Shown here piece by piece: positions 1-12,430 of a DNA stretch of 64,000 nucleotides. Made by a program: the position numbers and the translations under genes. Location: assembly GCA_004431415.1 (NCBI GenBank), contig QPMI01000519.1:269064-333063 (forward strand). The letters are read 5' to 3'. The stretch comes from Cyanophora paradoxa CCMP329 (lineage: Eukaryota > Plantae > Glaucophyta). Each line of letters begins with the position of its first letter. Within the stretch, counting starts at the first letter, position 1. The notes beneath the pieces were generated by a model. It had not been told where the DNA came from. It did no database searches and worked only from the letters and a program-made list of their open reading frames with translations.

Positions 1-531
1 GAAAGAGTCATTTCTGCAATCGCTCGATCAGCTGCGACCCAGCCGGCAGCCCATTGAGCGGCGCACTCGCAGTCTCTTCATAGCTTTAGCTATCGTGTGC
101 ATCATCTTCGAGCTTCGTCGCCCCCCGCACTTTCTCTAGCGCAGCTCGGGACGGCAGCGGCTTTTTGCGTGCCAGGTGCGACGCAGCCCTCCGAAAAGTT
201 TCGTTGTGGTCCCTGGAGCGACGTGAGTGGTAATGGCGCGCGCTGGTGGCCTGCCGCTGCGCGTTCCTGTGCAGGTCGCGCAGCGGCTCCCGGACCTTAG
301 CTTTGTTGGACCGCGAGGGCAATAGAACACGTGCGCCACGTTGGAGCATTGCCGCAGAATGCTCTTCCATGTGTCCAGCGGGAGATCGGCCTTTGCTGGA
401 GCCGGCACTCCATTGCCGGCCGCCGAGCGAAGGTGCGGCGGCCGCGCCCTGCGGGAGTCCTATCACGTGCGTCCTCCCTGCTGCCTCTCCGCTTTTTACA
501 GCCACACTACGCTCCCGCGGGCTGGGTGGCA

Positions 532-753
532 AGCGCGCCTCGCCGTAACCGAGACCAGGCTGCAGCTGGACTATAGCTACGGCCGAGCCAAGGTGCGGCG
601 GGGCGGGCGCGGGGGCGCCGAGCGCGCTGCCGCGCGCTATAGACCGATGCTGTCTCCTTCGAAGCGGGCGCTGGCTGCCCGACGCGCCGCGGGCGGCGAG
701 CGCGCCTCGCCGTAACAGAGACCAGCGGGACTACGGCCGAGCCAAGGTGCAGC
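532..753 (+). repeat. Imperfect direct repeat pair (~55-65 bp units at 532-598 and 699-753)
   Basis: Both copies read agcgcgcctcgccgtaac(c/a)gagaccag...ctacggccgagccaaggtgc; the second has an internal deletion. Confidence 0.8.
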
Positions 754-1682
754 GGCCGCCTCGCGATCGGCGAGCGTCTGTCTTTCAGGCCAAGGCCCTG
801 CGCACGGCTGCTCCAAGGCCCCGCACCTCCGGATCCTACGTGTCGGCACCACAGTGCACTGCAGCTGCTCCCCCGTGCGGGTCCTGGATCGGAGTCCACT
901 CCCGGAGTCCGAAGCCTCAGGCCTACAGCAGGTCTAGGCGGCTCCATAGTAACGAACACCTGGCCGCCAGGCTTTTCGGGATCCCCTAGCTCCCGAGGCC
1001 AGAACCCACTTGGGTCCCGTGGCCGGCCGCCGGCGCCGCCAGCTTGCCCTCCAAGCTCGATCGCGAAGTAAGCATATAGGTCCCGAAAATTTCGAGCAAA
1101 TCATACCTTCTCGGCCTTTTGGCTAAGATCAAGTGTAGTATCTGTTCTTCAAGGAGTGATATCCTTGACGCTACCAATGGTAGCTCGATATCACGATAAT
1201 TTCTCTGTGGCGGCGGGATCACCTGGGCTTGCTCAGGCCCTGCCAGGGTTGCTGCGGAATCGCACTGCCTCCGCGGCGGCCCACCCTTTCTTCTCATACA
1301 AACAAATGAAAAACGAATCCGAAATATGGCTGGAAAAAGCTTCGAGCTGGTCATGAGGCGTAGCCCGCGCGGCCTGGCCGCTGAGCCGTCCCATTGAAGC
1401 CGCTACGCATGCTAATGCAGCCGGCCTCGGCCTGAGAGTCGGCCCGCGGCTGCGGGTTACTGAAGGGGATCTGCGTCGAGCTCGAGCTCTGCGCCGGCGC
1501 TGCGGCGCCGCAGCTACTAGTAGGCTGCTGACTGCAGCCGCTAAGCATGCGGGCCCCGGGCCGTGCGCGAAGACCAAGGGCCCGGGGCGAGCAGCGTCGG
1601 GGGTAATGGCTCGCCCTGGTGGATTCTAGCTCTAGTGTAAAAACGAAGCACGCTATGCGAGAGATCTGGAGACAGGGCGCGG

Positions 1683-4536
1683 CTATCGGGCGCTCTTCAC
1701 GGGAGAGGCGGGGCCCCTGCGGGGCGAGGTGGAGTCGTGGGTCGGGCCCAGCGCGAGGTACGCCGCCAGGGCGCCGTTCGCGATGAAGCCGAACCCTGCC
1801 GTTGTTGCTTAGCAAACGTTGCTCGGCGTCAAATGAAATGAACGAGGGGGCGCACAGTTTATGCTGTTGAAGCCCATGTTGGCGTACAGGAAGCCGCCCA
1901 GGGAGGGCGCGATGATGCGCAGGCCGCTGTTCGCGGCCATGTTGAACCCCAGGATCGTCCCGCTGTCGCTCGGGGGTACAGCCTTCGTCTGCGGGGGTAC
2001 AGGCGTTTAGGGGGAGGGGGAGGGGGGGCGGAGGGCGTTCGGAGGTGCGGACCAGGGCGCTCGTGATGATGGTCACTGGCGGAATCGGCCCGGCAGAGGG
2101 AAGCCGGCGTTAGAAAGGGGCACGCGCACGGAAAAGACAACGCGCGCGCGGGGGACGTCGGCCCCGAGCGCAGCGCACCGATGAGCGTCCCGCCGAAGAT
2201 GCAAGGCAGCATGCAGACGCAGCTGCGGGAGCGCGTCAGGACGGGGTACGCTGCACACGAAAAAAGGCGCGGGGGCGCACAGGGTGATGATGCCCTCGCA
2301 GGCGGACATCGCCACGAAAGAGACGCCCTGGGCGCCGCGCCGCGTGAGGCGGGTACACGCATCACGGAGACGAAGGACGGGGGTAGCGCACCATGGAGGC
2401 GCAAGAGAGGACCATGAGACGGTGCTCGGGGTACCGCCGCACCAAGGCGCCCACTGTCGCGAGCGAGCGGGAGGCGCTCAGGCCCGTTCCAAAAACCTCC
2501 GGGGTCAGCGGCGTGGCGCTCACGTACCCATCGCGCCCTGCACGATGATCGATACTACGCCTACGTAGGACAGGACGTAGCTGGCGGGGGTACAGCGTAA
2601 GCGATGTTGCGGGGAAGGGGTGGCGGGGGGGGCGGGGCTGGGGGGCGGAGGGGCACCCGTTCTGCTGGGGGTTGAGCTGGAACTGCTCCACCGCGGCGAT
2701 CGAGAAGATCGTCTGGAACATGGCGAAGGGGAAGCCGGAGATGGCCTTGACGATGAGGAGGGCGCGAACCTGCCAGGTGCGGGGGGCGGTCAGGGCGGCA
2801 ACGGGCCCCGGCGGGGTTCGAGCCGGGCGCCTCCTTGGATTGGAGGAGGCGGGTGAAGCGGCCCAGGCGGAGCGGGGAGGTGGCGGGGGGCGCGCCGGCG
2901 GGGGCGGCGGGGGGGCCGAGGGGCGGCTTGGGGGGCGCGTCGGAGGAGGGGGCGGGGAGGAGGTCGGGGTGGAGGGAGGCGAGGGGGTCGGCGTCGGGGT
3001 CGTCCTCCGGGTGGATGCTCACCACCTTGTGCTTCGTTTGCTGCCGGCGCCCTCGTTGGGGGTTGAAGGGAGGGGCAGGAGCGGGGGGGCACGGGCCGGG
3101 CACCTTGGGGATGCCCCAGAAGATGACGGGCACGGTGAGCAGGGAGACGAGGGCGGCGAGCGCCGCCACGTTCTGCGCCCGCGCCGGCCCCGAGGCGCCC
3201 GGCATCAGCCGCCCCCTCGAGCTGAACCCGGCTAGAGGCCAGGAGCGCAGGAAGCCGAGGGCTCGGGAAGAGCTAAGAGGAGACGAGGAGGGCGGCGTCG
3301 CGTCCCCGGCTCCGGCGCGGGCGGGGCGGGGGCGGGCGGGACAGCATCAAAGGCGGCATCGCATGCTCCGGCTTCCTCCTCCTCGGGGCGCCGGCGCGGG
3401 GGCGCCGGCGGTTCCCTCCCTCGCGCCTCGGGGCGGGGCGGGGCGGGGCGGGGCGGGGCGGGGCGGGGCGGGGACCTGGTTGCCGAAGAACTTGGAGGCG
3501 AGGCCGCCCACGAAGGGGCCGAGGACGATCCCCTGCGCGCCCCCGCCCCCACCCGGGACGTCAGCCCCGCCGCCTCCGCTTCCCCCCGCTTCTAGCCTCT
3601 TTGGAAGCTCGCCGGAGAGACCGCTGCTCGGGGCGGGGCTCGGGCGGGGGCGCACGAGGCCGTAGCTGACGCCGAGGCGCCCGAGGGCCTCCGCGCGGTC
3701 GGCCGTCGTCGAGAGGTCCGTGATCACCATCTGCGCGCCCTGCGGGGGCGCGGCGGGAGGGGTTGGAGGACGAGGTGTGCGGGGGGCGGGGCGGAGCGCG
3801 GAGCATTGGAAGCCCGACGAAAGCGAAAGCTCAATTGGGGACGTTTGGGGGGAAGGAGGCGTGGTCGGGGCGGGAGGAGGGGGCGGGGGGGGGAGGGGGG
3901 GGGAGGGGGAGGGGGCGGGGGGGGAGGTGGCCGCGGGTGGGGCGGGCCGGGGGGCGGGCCGGGCCGGGGCGCGGCACCTGCATGGCGTGCTGGAAGAGCA
4001 TGGGTACGCGCGAGAGGAAGAGCCACGTGATCGAGTCCGCCATCGCGAGGAGGGCGTACCCCGCCCCGCTCGCCGCGATCGCGAGCGTCTGAGGCAGGGG
4101 GGGCACGGTAGTCAGGAGTACGAGAGACGCCCGCGCGCTTCGGAGGGCGGCGCGGCCCCACGCACGAGGGCGATGCGGCCGCCGTGCGAGTCTGCGAAGC
4201 GGCCGTAGATAGGGCCTGCCAAGGGAGCTTAGCGATCCGACGCGGGTACGGCCAGGGATCAAGGAGGAGCGGACCACCCGCAAGCTGCGCGAGGCCGAAG
4301 GCCGAAGTGAGGTACCCGAACGTCTCCACATCGGCGCCCAGCGACTTGGACACGAAGGGCAGCGTGTTCTGCGGCCGCGCCGGGGCTCGCAACCGCGCGG
4401 CCCGAGCCAGCGAGCAGATGCCGGCGCAGTGCACCTGCTGGATCCAGAACGCGAGGCTGTACAAGAAGATCACAAAGTGGCAGAACCTGGGCGGGGCAGG
4501 GCCGTCAGCGCGGGCGGGAATGATTCGACCCTCCAT
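1683..4536 (-). CDS. MFS transporter, SLC22A18-like (DHA1/TetA-type), multi-exon; start uncertain
   Basis: Spliced peptides HFVIFLYSLAFWIQQ, LGADVETFGYLTSAFGLAQLAGGPIYGRFADSHGGRIAL (MFS motif A), LFLSRVPMLFQHAMQGAQMVITDLSTTADRAEALGRLGVSYGL-GIVLGP and SGTILGFNMAANSGLRIIAPSLGGFLY closely follow SLC22A18 as recalled. Stop TAG at 1683-1685. Confidence 0.85.
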
Positions 4537-4949
4537 ATGAAGCAGCGCGGGGCTGGCCGCGGCGCTGCTCGTCTAGATATGCAGATTTCGATTGCGTTTC
4601 GGCCGATCGATATCGGGGCAATGTAAGAACTCGCTCCGGCACGCGCTTGCAATTGCTGCCAGCGGCCCTAGGAACCAACGCCGCGAACGCCCCGCGAGCA
4701 TAGCTAGAGCCGACGTGCACATGCATCGCACGCACACAACAGGGCGGCGCTCGGTGTACATCTTGCCGGGTAGCGACGCGGCCGGCGGCGGCGGCGACGC
4801 GCTCCTTTCTTCCCGCTCACCCTTGCGTTTCATCGATATTGATCGTCCACCGCATCACCTCGCGCCGCAGAAGGGAGCCGCACAGCCCGCACCGCCTTCC
4901 CGGGTACGCGGCCGAATTTCAAGTGGTTTGGCGCGCTTTGTCTGGCACG

Positions 4950-7900
4950 ATGAGGGGCGCCGCCAAGGAGGTCGGCATCTGCAAAGAGTGTATGGAGGCC
5001 GTGAAGCCCCTGGAAGGTGCTAACGTGCCTCTCGCCGAGGCGCGCCGCCGACGCTTGACGTTCTCGGCAGACCCGCCATCGAAGAAGGGCAACCCGTCGT
5101 ATGCCGCTGTAAAATACTTCAGCGACCTGCGCGTGCAACCCGGCGAGAATGCGACGGGTGAGAGATGGCGCGCTCGCGGTCAAATTTGAAGGAGCGCTCA
5201 GCCCGTCCGCAGAGGAGACGCTGCGCTGCGGGGACTTCGGGCTCTGGTGGACCGGAGATGAGACGGGTTGCGACCGCACCATCATGAAGGCGCGCGGAAC
5301 TGGAACGCCGCGCACGCTCAGTCGCGCTGACCTGTGACCACTCGGCCGACTCACAGGTGAAGTCGATCGAGATGAAAGTAGATCGCAATCGTAGGAAAGG
5401 AGAAAAGCTCCAGAAGCATTTCATGGCATGCGGGAGTTATTGCTTCACTCGACGGGAAGCCCTACGCGACGCCAGCAAAGACCTTCCTGAGCTCGCAGAC
5501 GTGCTGCCGGCGCCGTTCTCTCCCGATGACGAGGTTTTTTACAGCCGCGCATGTGAGCCCTGTATCGCAGCGCTTCTCCCAGCGCTGCCACTGACTTGTG
5601 TTTTTAAAGCCGGGGAGATGCCAATTTGCGCGATGGCGGGAACTGTCACGGGTCCGCCCCTCCCCTCCGCTTGACTTCTTCATGCTGATTCTCGCCGACC
5701 GCAGTCCGGGCGGTGCGCCACAATCCGGACGATGCGCTACGACGGCAGTCCGCTCAGGTCCCGCACGACTACAAGGGCCACCAAGAGCACGAGTGCGCCC
5801 CGCAGCTGCTGCCTTTTCCCTCGCAGATCTTGCCCACGCTTGGCGCAGGTACATCGTGCGGCGTTCTGTGCAAATGCCCAGAAAGGACAGTGAGGTTTTT
5901 AAGGTCATCGGCATTGGATCTCTGACTGAGGATCATTTGGAGGATCTCGGCCTCTCCTGTGCGCCTCCCCCTCGCTCGCGTTCGTACGCTCCGCCGACGC
6001 CCTTGTGCATGTGCAGACCCGACGTCGGTCTCGCTGCGGCGCCAGAGCCATAAGCAGCACGAGGACTTGTCAGCCCTCGCCGCGGATCTCCAGAAGGACG
6101 GGAAACGCCGCCGCGTGTTCACGGTGAGCGCGCGGCGTCAGCGCAGCGCACCACCGCCGCCGCCCACGCAGCCCGCCTCGCGCCGATGCACCGCGTACGC
6201 AGGAACTGGCCGACCACCTTCGGGCCCCGGGCTCCTCCCCGCCGCCCCCTGCTGCCGCCCCGCGGCGGCGCGAGAAGTTGGAAGCTCCCTCGCCCAACGC
6301 CCACGCCGGCGAGGCGCCGCTGGAAGCCGCGGCCGCCGAGGAGCCGGCGAGGGCCGCCGAGGCCCCCTCCTCGCCCCCGGAGCCCGCGGTGGCGGCGAAG
6401 GCGATGGAGGCAGGCCCCTCGTCTCCGCCAAAGGGGGACGGCCCTTCCTCCCCGAGCAGCGACGGCGAGGCGAGCCCGGAGCACGTCCACAGCCTCCTCT
6501 CGCCGCCCTTCGGCAACACCGGGAGCCCGCCCTCGCCCCGGGTCCTCCCGCCCAGCCCCGTGCGCCGGATCCGCCGCCCCCGCCCGCTGCCAGGCGCGCC
6601 CCTGACGTTCGGTGCAGGTGCCGGGCCCCCAGGAGCTCTTGGAGCAGGCGGCCGGTGCGGAGGTCGCCGCGGCGCCGGCGGAGAGCCAGGCGGCGCTGCC
6701 CCGCCCGCAGCTCGCGGCCGAGGCGCAGGTGACGCACGACGAGTGGCCGGAGCCGGCGGTGGCGGCCGACCCGATGGTCGTCGAAGAGCCTGCAGGGTTC
6801 CCCGGCCCGCAGGCCAGCAGCGACAGCGGCAGCAGCGGCGGCGGCACCGGAGGCGCCGCTCAGGGCGAGGCCGAGTCCCCCGCGTCACCGCCCTCCGCGC
6901 TGGTGAGCCTCGCCTCCCTCCTCTCACGCGCCGCATCCTCTAACCTTTAAGTGAATCGCGGCAGGGGGAGTCGCCGGAGTGGCTGAGCCCCGTCGTCGTC
7001 ATCGACGTGACGCCGGAAATGTCGCCTTCTCTGGCGGCGGCGCCGGCGCCGTTGGCTGGCGCCGAGGTGGCCCTGCCGGCTCGCCTTGTCGTCACCCTCT
7101 TCGGCGCGCCGGCCGCTGAGGCGAGTCCGGCGACCCAGGCCGCCCCGCCGCCGCCGCCGCTGTCGCTGGCGAGCGCGGTCGATTCGCCCGCGGAGGAGGA
7201 GGCGCCCCTTCCGCCTCCGGAGGAACCAGCGGCAGCGGCAGCCGAGACCGCTCCGGCAGCCGAGGCTGCGGCGTTACCGCTCGTCGAAGCGAGCCCGGTC
7301 GACTTGCCGGAGACAGAAGAGCAGCACGTGCGACCAGCGGGCGAGGCGGCACCGGAGTCCGAGGCGGCGTCGGAGGCCGAGGCGGTGCCGGCAGTCGCGG
7401 TCGCACCGGCAGTCGAGGCGGCGCCGGCAGTCGCGGCCGCACCGGCAGTCGAGGCGGTGCCGGTAGCGGAGGCGGCGCTGCGCTCGCCGGCGCCGGCCGC
7501 CGTGGGCCCGCTCGACTCACCGGCCCGCGCGGTTGCGGCCCTCATCCACCTCGAGCTCTCGCCGGAGGCTCCTCCGGCCCCGGAGGCGCCGCGGACTTCG
7601 GAGGTGGCGCCCTCCGCGCCCCAGCTGGCGCCCGCCGTGGCGAACCTGATCGAGCTCATCGATGCGGAGGCGGAGGAGATCGGGCTGGCCGCTCCGGAGC
7701 GCGTCCCGGCGGCCCCGGCGGCCCAGCCCGAGGGCCCCTTCCCCCCCTCTGGCGCCCTGGGAGTGTCCGTCTTCGGCTCCTCCTCCCCCGGCGCGGCCCC
7801 TTTCGCGCCCCGCCGCGCGCCGTCCCCGTCCCCGGGGCCCTCCTCCTCCCCGCCCCGCCCCCTTTCCCGTCCGCCCCTCTTCCCCGCGGCTCCGGCCAAG

Positions 7901-9663
7901 CGCTCGCCGCGCCGGCACATGTCGGGCGACTCGGACGACGAGAAGCCGCCGTCGCCCGGCCGCCGCCCGCCGGCGCCCTCCTCCTCGTCTTCCTCCTCCT
8001 CGTCCTCCTCCTCCTTCCGCTCCGTGCTCCGGACCGCGGGGACCGCCAAGCGACGCGGCAGCATCCGCTGGCGCAGCCCGCTCGAGGAGGTGAGCCGCGC
8101 TGCGCGGCGCGAGCGCTCCCGCTCGCCCCGCGCGCATCACGCCTGAGCGCCCTCCCTCAGGTAAGGGATTACGTGACCAAGGAGGAGGTCAAGCGGCTCG
8201 AGCAGGAGGAGGAGGAGGCGGAGGAGCGGGCGAAGAAGGAGCGGGGCGAGGCGATGCGGCAGGAGGCCGCCCGCCGGCGCGAGGCGGCGAGGCTCAGGAA
8301 GGAGGCGGAGGCAAAGGCTGAGGCCGCCGCCGCCGCCGCCGCCGCTGCCTCCTCCTCGACGGCGTCGATCTTCGCCGGCTCCAGCTCCGCCCCGGCCTCG
8401 CCCTCGCGCCTCCCGCTCGCCCCGCGGAACGGCACGCCGGCCCGGCCGGTCGGGGCCCCCGGCAGCCCCAGCGGGGCCCTCAAGCGCCCCGCGCTGGCCT
8501 CTTCGGCCCCGCCCTCGCCGCAGGCCGCCAAGCGTCCCCGAGCTCTCCCCCCCTCATCCGACAGCGGCGCCGACCGCGCAGCGACGTCCCCTGCTCCGAT
8601 CCCGGCCGCCGCCGCGAGAGGCTCTCGGCTCCTCTCGGCCCCGGCAGCGCACGGCAGGGGCCAGGCCGTCGCCCCGTACCCCGCCCCCTGCGAGGCGTCG
8701 GACGCGGAGGACTGGGGGCGCGCGTCCCCCCCGAAGCGGGCGCCGCCGGCCAACTCATCCCGCGCTGCCAGCCGCCCCGCGGGGCCCCCGCCCGCCCTCG
8801 GCCGCGCGCCCGGCGGGGGCGGCCGCGCCCCGCGCCCGCCGCCTGAGCCCGAGCCCTCTGCCCCAGCGGCCCGTGCTCCTTGCCTCGGGCCCGCGTCCCC
8901 CCAAGCCCCTGGGGCCCTCACCCGCGTCGTCGCGCGCCTCGCCGGCCCCCGTGGCCCGCGGCTCGCCGCCCCCGCCCGCCGTCTCCGATGACAACGTCGA
9001 CGTGCGTCCTGACCGCCTCACCCGCGCGCCCGCCTGAGGCCCCGCGCAGGACGACGGCGGCTCGCCCGGGCCGCACGGGTCCCCTCCCCTCAACCGCACC
9101 CTGCCCCGCATCGGTGCCCTGCTCACACCCCCCCCCCCCCCCTTCCCGCCTCGGCGCCGCATCCGCGGCTGACGCCCCGCGCGCCGGCCGCGCCGCGAAG
9201 CCTTCCTGGTGGAGCGGGGCGCCATCAGAAGGGAGGAGCGGGCCGTGGTCGAGGCGGCCGTACGCGCGGAGGCGGCCAGCGGGCGGTGGCAGGTCCGGCG
9301 GCAGATCAAGGCATGCGTCCCCACCGCCGCCGGCGCCTGGCCCTTCCGATTGCCGTCTGACGGTCCGCGGCGCAGAACATGGAGGCGACGGCGCTGCGGC
9401 TGGCGGCGCAGGGGTGCGACCTCCTCAGGATGTGCGGCTGCGAGCTCGACGGGGCCGGCCGCAGCTCGAGCCCCAGCGGCAGCGGCCCGAGCTCGAGCTC
9501 CAGCAGCGGCGCCGGCGCGAGCTCCGGCAGCCCGCCCGGCGCGGGTGCCAGCTCGAGCCCCAACGGCGCGGGCCCCAGCTCGAGCAGCGCCGGCGCTAGC
9601 TCGGGCCCCTGCGGCGGGAGCCCTCGCGATCGCGCGTTCGCAGACGAGGTCGAGGACCTGTAG
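4950..9663 (+). CDS. BAH-domain chromatin protein with long Pro/Ala/Glu-rich disordered region
   Basis: Exons give ETLRCGDFGLWW...RTIMK|VKSIE...SYCFTRRE...PDDEVFYS...RYIVRR, a BAH-like pattern (GD start, ExFxS). Low-complexity exons, a charged coiled coil (8161-8340) and ...DEVEDL* at 9661-9663 follow. Joining all exons into one gene is inferred. Confidence 0.55.
7381..7465 (+). repeat. Coding 18-bp tandem repeat (AVxAAP-like units)
   Basis: Recurring ccggcagtcg(c/a)gg units encoding AVPAVAVAPAVEAAPAVAAAPAVEAVP. Confidence 0.75.
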
Positions 9664-10326
9664 CCGGAAGGTGCAGCTAGAGAGTCATCTGTGTAGATCC
9701 CTTGGATCGAGTCCGCACTCGCACCAACAAATTCGAACGCCATGTATACGTAGCTATAGCTAGCGCTAGCGCTTCGCGACATGCGGAAGCCGTATCTGGT
9801 ATTGGTGTTATCTGATATAGGGATCGGAGATTCGTAGCAAGCATATGCCGCAGATATGATCACGTGCTACCGCAGACCTTGAGTTCGCTGCGCCGAAACC
9901 TGCCGCCTCGGGATCCGAACCGGTACTGATCCCGTCGGTTAGCGAAGGTGCAGGCCTACGCCTAGCTATAGGCCGTCTAGACCTCGAGCTCGCGTGCGTG
10001 CGCTGGATTAGTTGCCTTCCGGCACGCGCAAATCCAGGAGTCGCTAAGCCCAACTGCCGCTCCTTGAAACTAGGCGCCAGCTGCAGGCAGCGACACAGCG
10101 TCGCTTAGCGCACCGCAGTCCACACGAGAGCCATTTGGGCACGATTCTTGGTCCTTTTTGAGGCAAACTGCGCAGGCTCGTTGGAGGCTCCGACTGTTGT
10201 TTGTCAGCCTCTAATCTCGATCTGGCTGACGGCAGGGCGCCTCGAGCGGTCCGACACGCAGCCGGATCGGTGAGCCTATTCAGACACTTGTCATTGCACC
10301 ACCGAGCCCGCTGCTCTGGGTCCAGC

Positions 10327-11942
10327 CATCTTACTGATCATGCTTGTGTTCTCGGCCTGGCAACATGCGCAGCCTCCGAGGCTCGACTCCCGCCGAACAG
10401 TGCCGGGAGCGAGCTTCTTCGCACGCTGATTTCGCGTAATCCAGTCCATACAATCGTCGTGCGCGTCGCGCCTCGCCGTCTAGGCGAGGGCCGGGCCGCA
10501 CCGAAAGCATCAACGCTCAGACCCATTGTGCAGCGTCCACGATGTCGACGACGACGACGACGACGAGGCCCGACGATGGCTGCGCATGCTGCGGCATGAC
10601 GTCGTACGCCAACGACGAGGTCGTCTATCCCCCGCTCCCGCAGTGGTGCGCGCCGCGCCGCGTCACCGAAGTGACCGCCGGATCGGGAGGCCCCTAGGGG
10701 CTGTCGCTCCTGCGCGGCCCGCTGGCATGACGCGCGGTGGCTGCGGCAGGTACAACAAACACGTTAAGTACGTGATGTGCGATGGCGGCGGCGACGGCGG
10801 CGGCGGCATCCCCGAAGGGAAGTTCACGATCCGCGAGGTCCGTTCGAGCTCGCATCTCCGGCCCGGCCCCATCGCGGCCGCCACGCCTCCGTCCCGAGCG
10901 GCTCGGTGTGCAGGCCGCCAGCGGCAAGTGCCTCTTCTTCGATTCGACGGCGGAGGCGGACGGGCTCTGGGCCCTCCGCGCTGCCGAGTGCAATTTCGCC
11001 GACCGTGCGCCCGCTCGCCCCCTGGCGTGCCCCTCCCGCCGGCTCCCGTCCGACCGCGTACCCGTCCCGCAGCCGAGCCGAAGTTCCTCTGGTCCTACGC
11101 CACGATCGACCCCGAGCACGAGGAGGCCCAGTACCGCGGCCTCGAGAACAACGTGCCCCCGCCCCTCCCCCGATCGAACATTGTACCCCCCACCCTCGCT
11201 GACGCCGGCGCCTCGCCGCGCTGCAGGGCAAGCACGTGGACCTCCCCGGCGCGTGGGAGGGGTACTACACGGAGGAGCAGGAGCCCCCGGCGCTCATCCG
11301 GGGTGGCCCGGAGCAGACGAGCTTCCCCGACCAGGAAATTTTGTAAGCGTAGCCTGCCATGCGCAGCCTCGTGCTCCTCTGCCGGCGGCCCGCTGAGACG
11401 CGCGCCGGGGGCCTCCTCCTCTCGCGCGCGCCCGGCCAGGTTCGAGCAGCTCTCGACGGACGAGACGGACGGGGACAAGACGCTCATCTGGATGAGGATG
11501 GGCGACACCGTCTGGACGTACGACGGCGACTCCGCGGCCGTCGAGCACGCCGCCCTGTGCGCTCTGTCGCAACCCTCCCGCCCGCTGCTGCTGCTGCGCC
11601 CGATCCGACTCACGGCCCGATCGCGCGCAGCGCCGACGGTCCCCCGACGCCGCAGCAGACCTTCGTCGTGTACCCCTCCGGCCGCCTGCCCTCGGCCGAA
11701 GCCGTACTCAGCGCCGACGTTCGGCTGGACGATGCGGCCCAGGAGGCCGAGCAGGACGAGGAGTACGAGATCGAGGAGGGCGCCGCCGAGGTGCGCCCCG
11801 GCCGGGCGGCGCCTGCGCCCTTCCGCCCTCCTCGGCGTTGCAATTGCCTGATGCGCGTTCCTGCCCGCAGGCCGAGGCCGCGGCGGTCGCGGCGGCCGAA
11901 GCCGCCGCCGCAGACTCCGTCGAGGCCCTCCCCGTCGCCTGA
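10327..11942 (+). CDS. Uncharacterised multi-exon protein with hydrophobic N-terminal segment and a possible ricin-B/beta-trefoil-like repeat; true start not located
   Basis: In-frame spliced exons ILLIMLVFSAWQH..., YPPLPQW|YNKHVKYVMCD...FTIRE|AASGKCLFFD...LWALRAAECNFAD|PEPKFLWSY; acidic tail, TGA at 11940-11942. Confidence 0.45.
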
Positions 11943-12430
11943 GCTCCTCAAGCTGCTGAGCGCCTAGCGCGGCTCATTGTAAATTTTTGGTTTATTCGAG
12001 CCGCCAGCCGCTTAGCTAGCCTAGTAGCCCACGGTGAATTTTTGAAGGCGGTGCATATGCATTGGCCTCGAGGCGCCGGCAAGCAGCCAGCTAGCGCCGC
12101 GGCGCTGCAGGGCGTCGCCTGAGCGCCTGGGACCGCAGCGCTTGTCCTTGCCGAAGCCAGCCCACGATCATGAAGCGCATATGTATATGCCGCTGACGTC
12201 GAGTCGACGCTGCAGCTGCGTGCACGTGAAGCTGGGAGGCGCTTCGAGCTGGCTGTACCCCCAGCTCCCGCCTTGAGTCCAATTGCAAGGCGCGGCGTAC
12301 GCGTCCACCCGCCGCCCGGCCGCCGCACTCCTGCAGTGCCAGCCTTTGCGAGCGAGTAGAGAAGTGGGACCGGCGGCGTCCCCGCGTCCGCAACAGCCTA
12401 AACCCAGCAGGGAACCAGTTTGCAGCAGCG

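Noticed and set aside
86-420. F-box-like start DLPLDTWKSILRQC on the minus strand
   Set aside because: Short, frame-broken and followed by stops. It may be a remnant but cannot be supported as a gene.
532-753. Repeat pair considered as a CRISPR-like array
   Set aside because: Only two imperfect units, eukaryotic context and no cas genes.
986-1354. 122-aa minus-strand ORF with protein-like composition
   Set aside because: No recognisable family or coherent exon structure.
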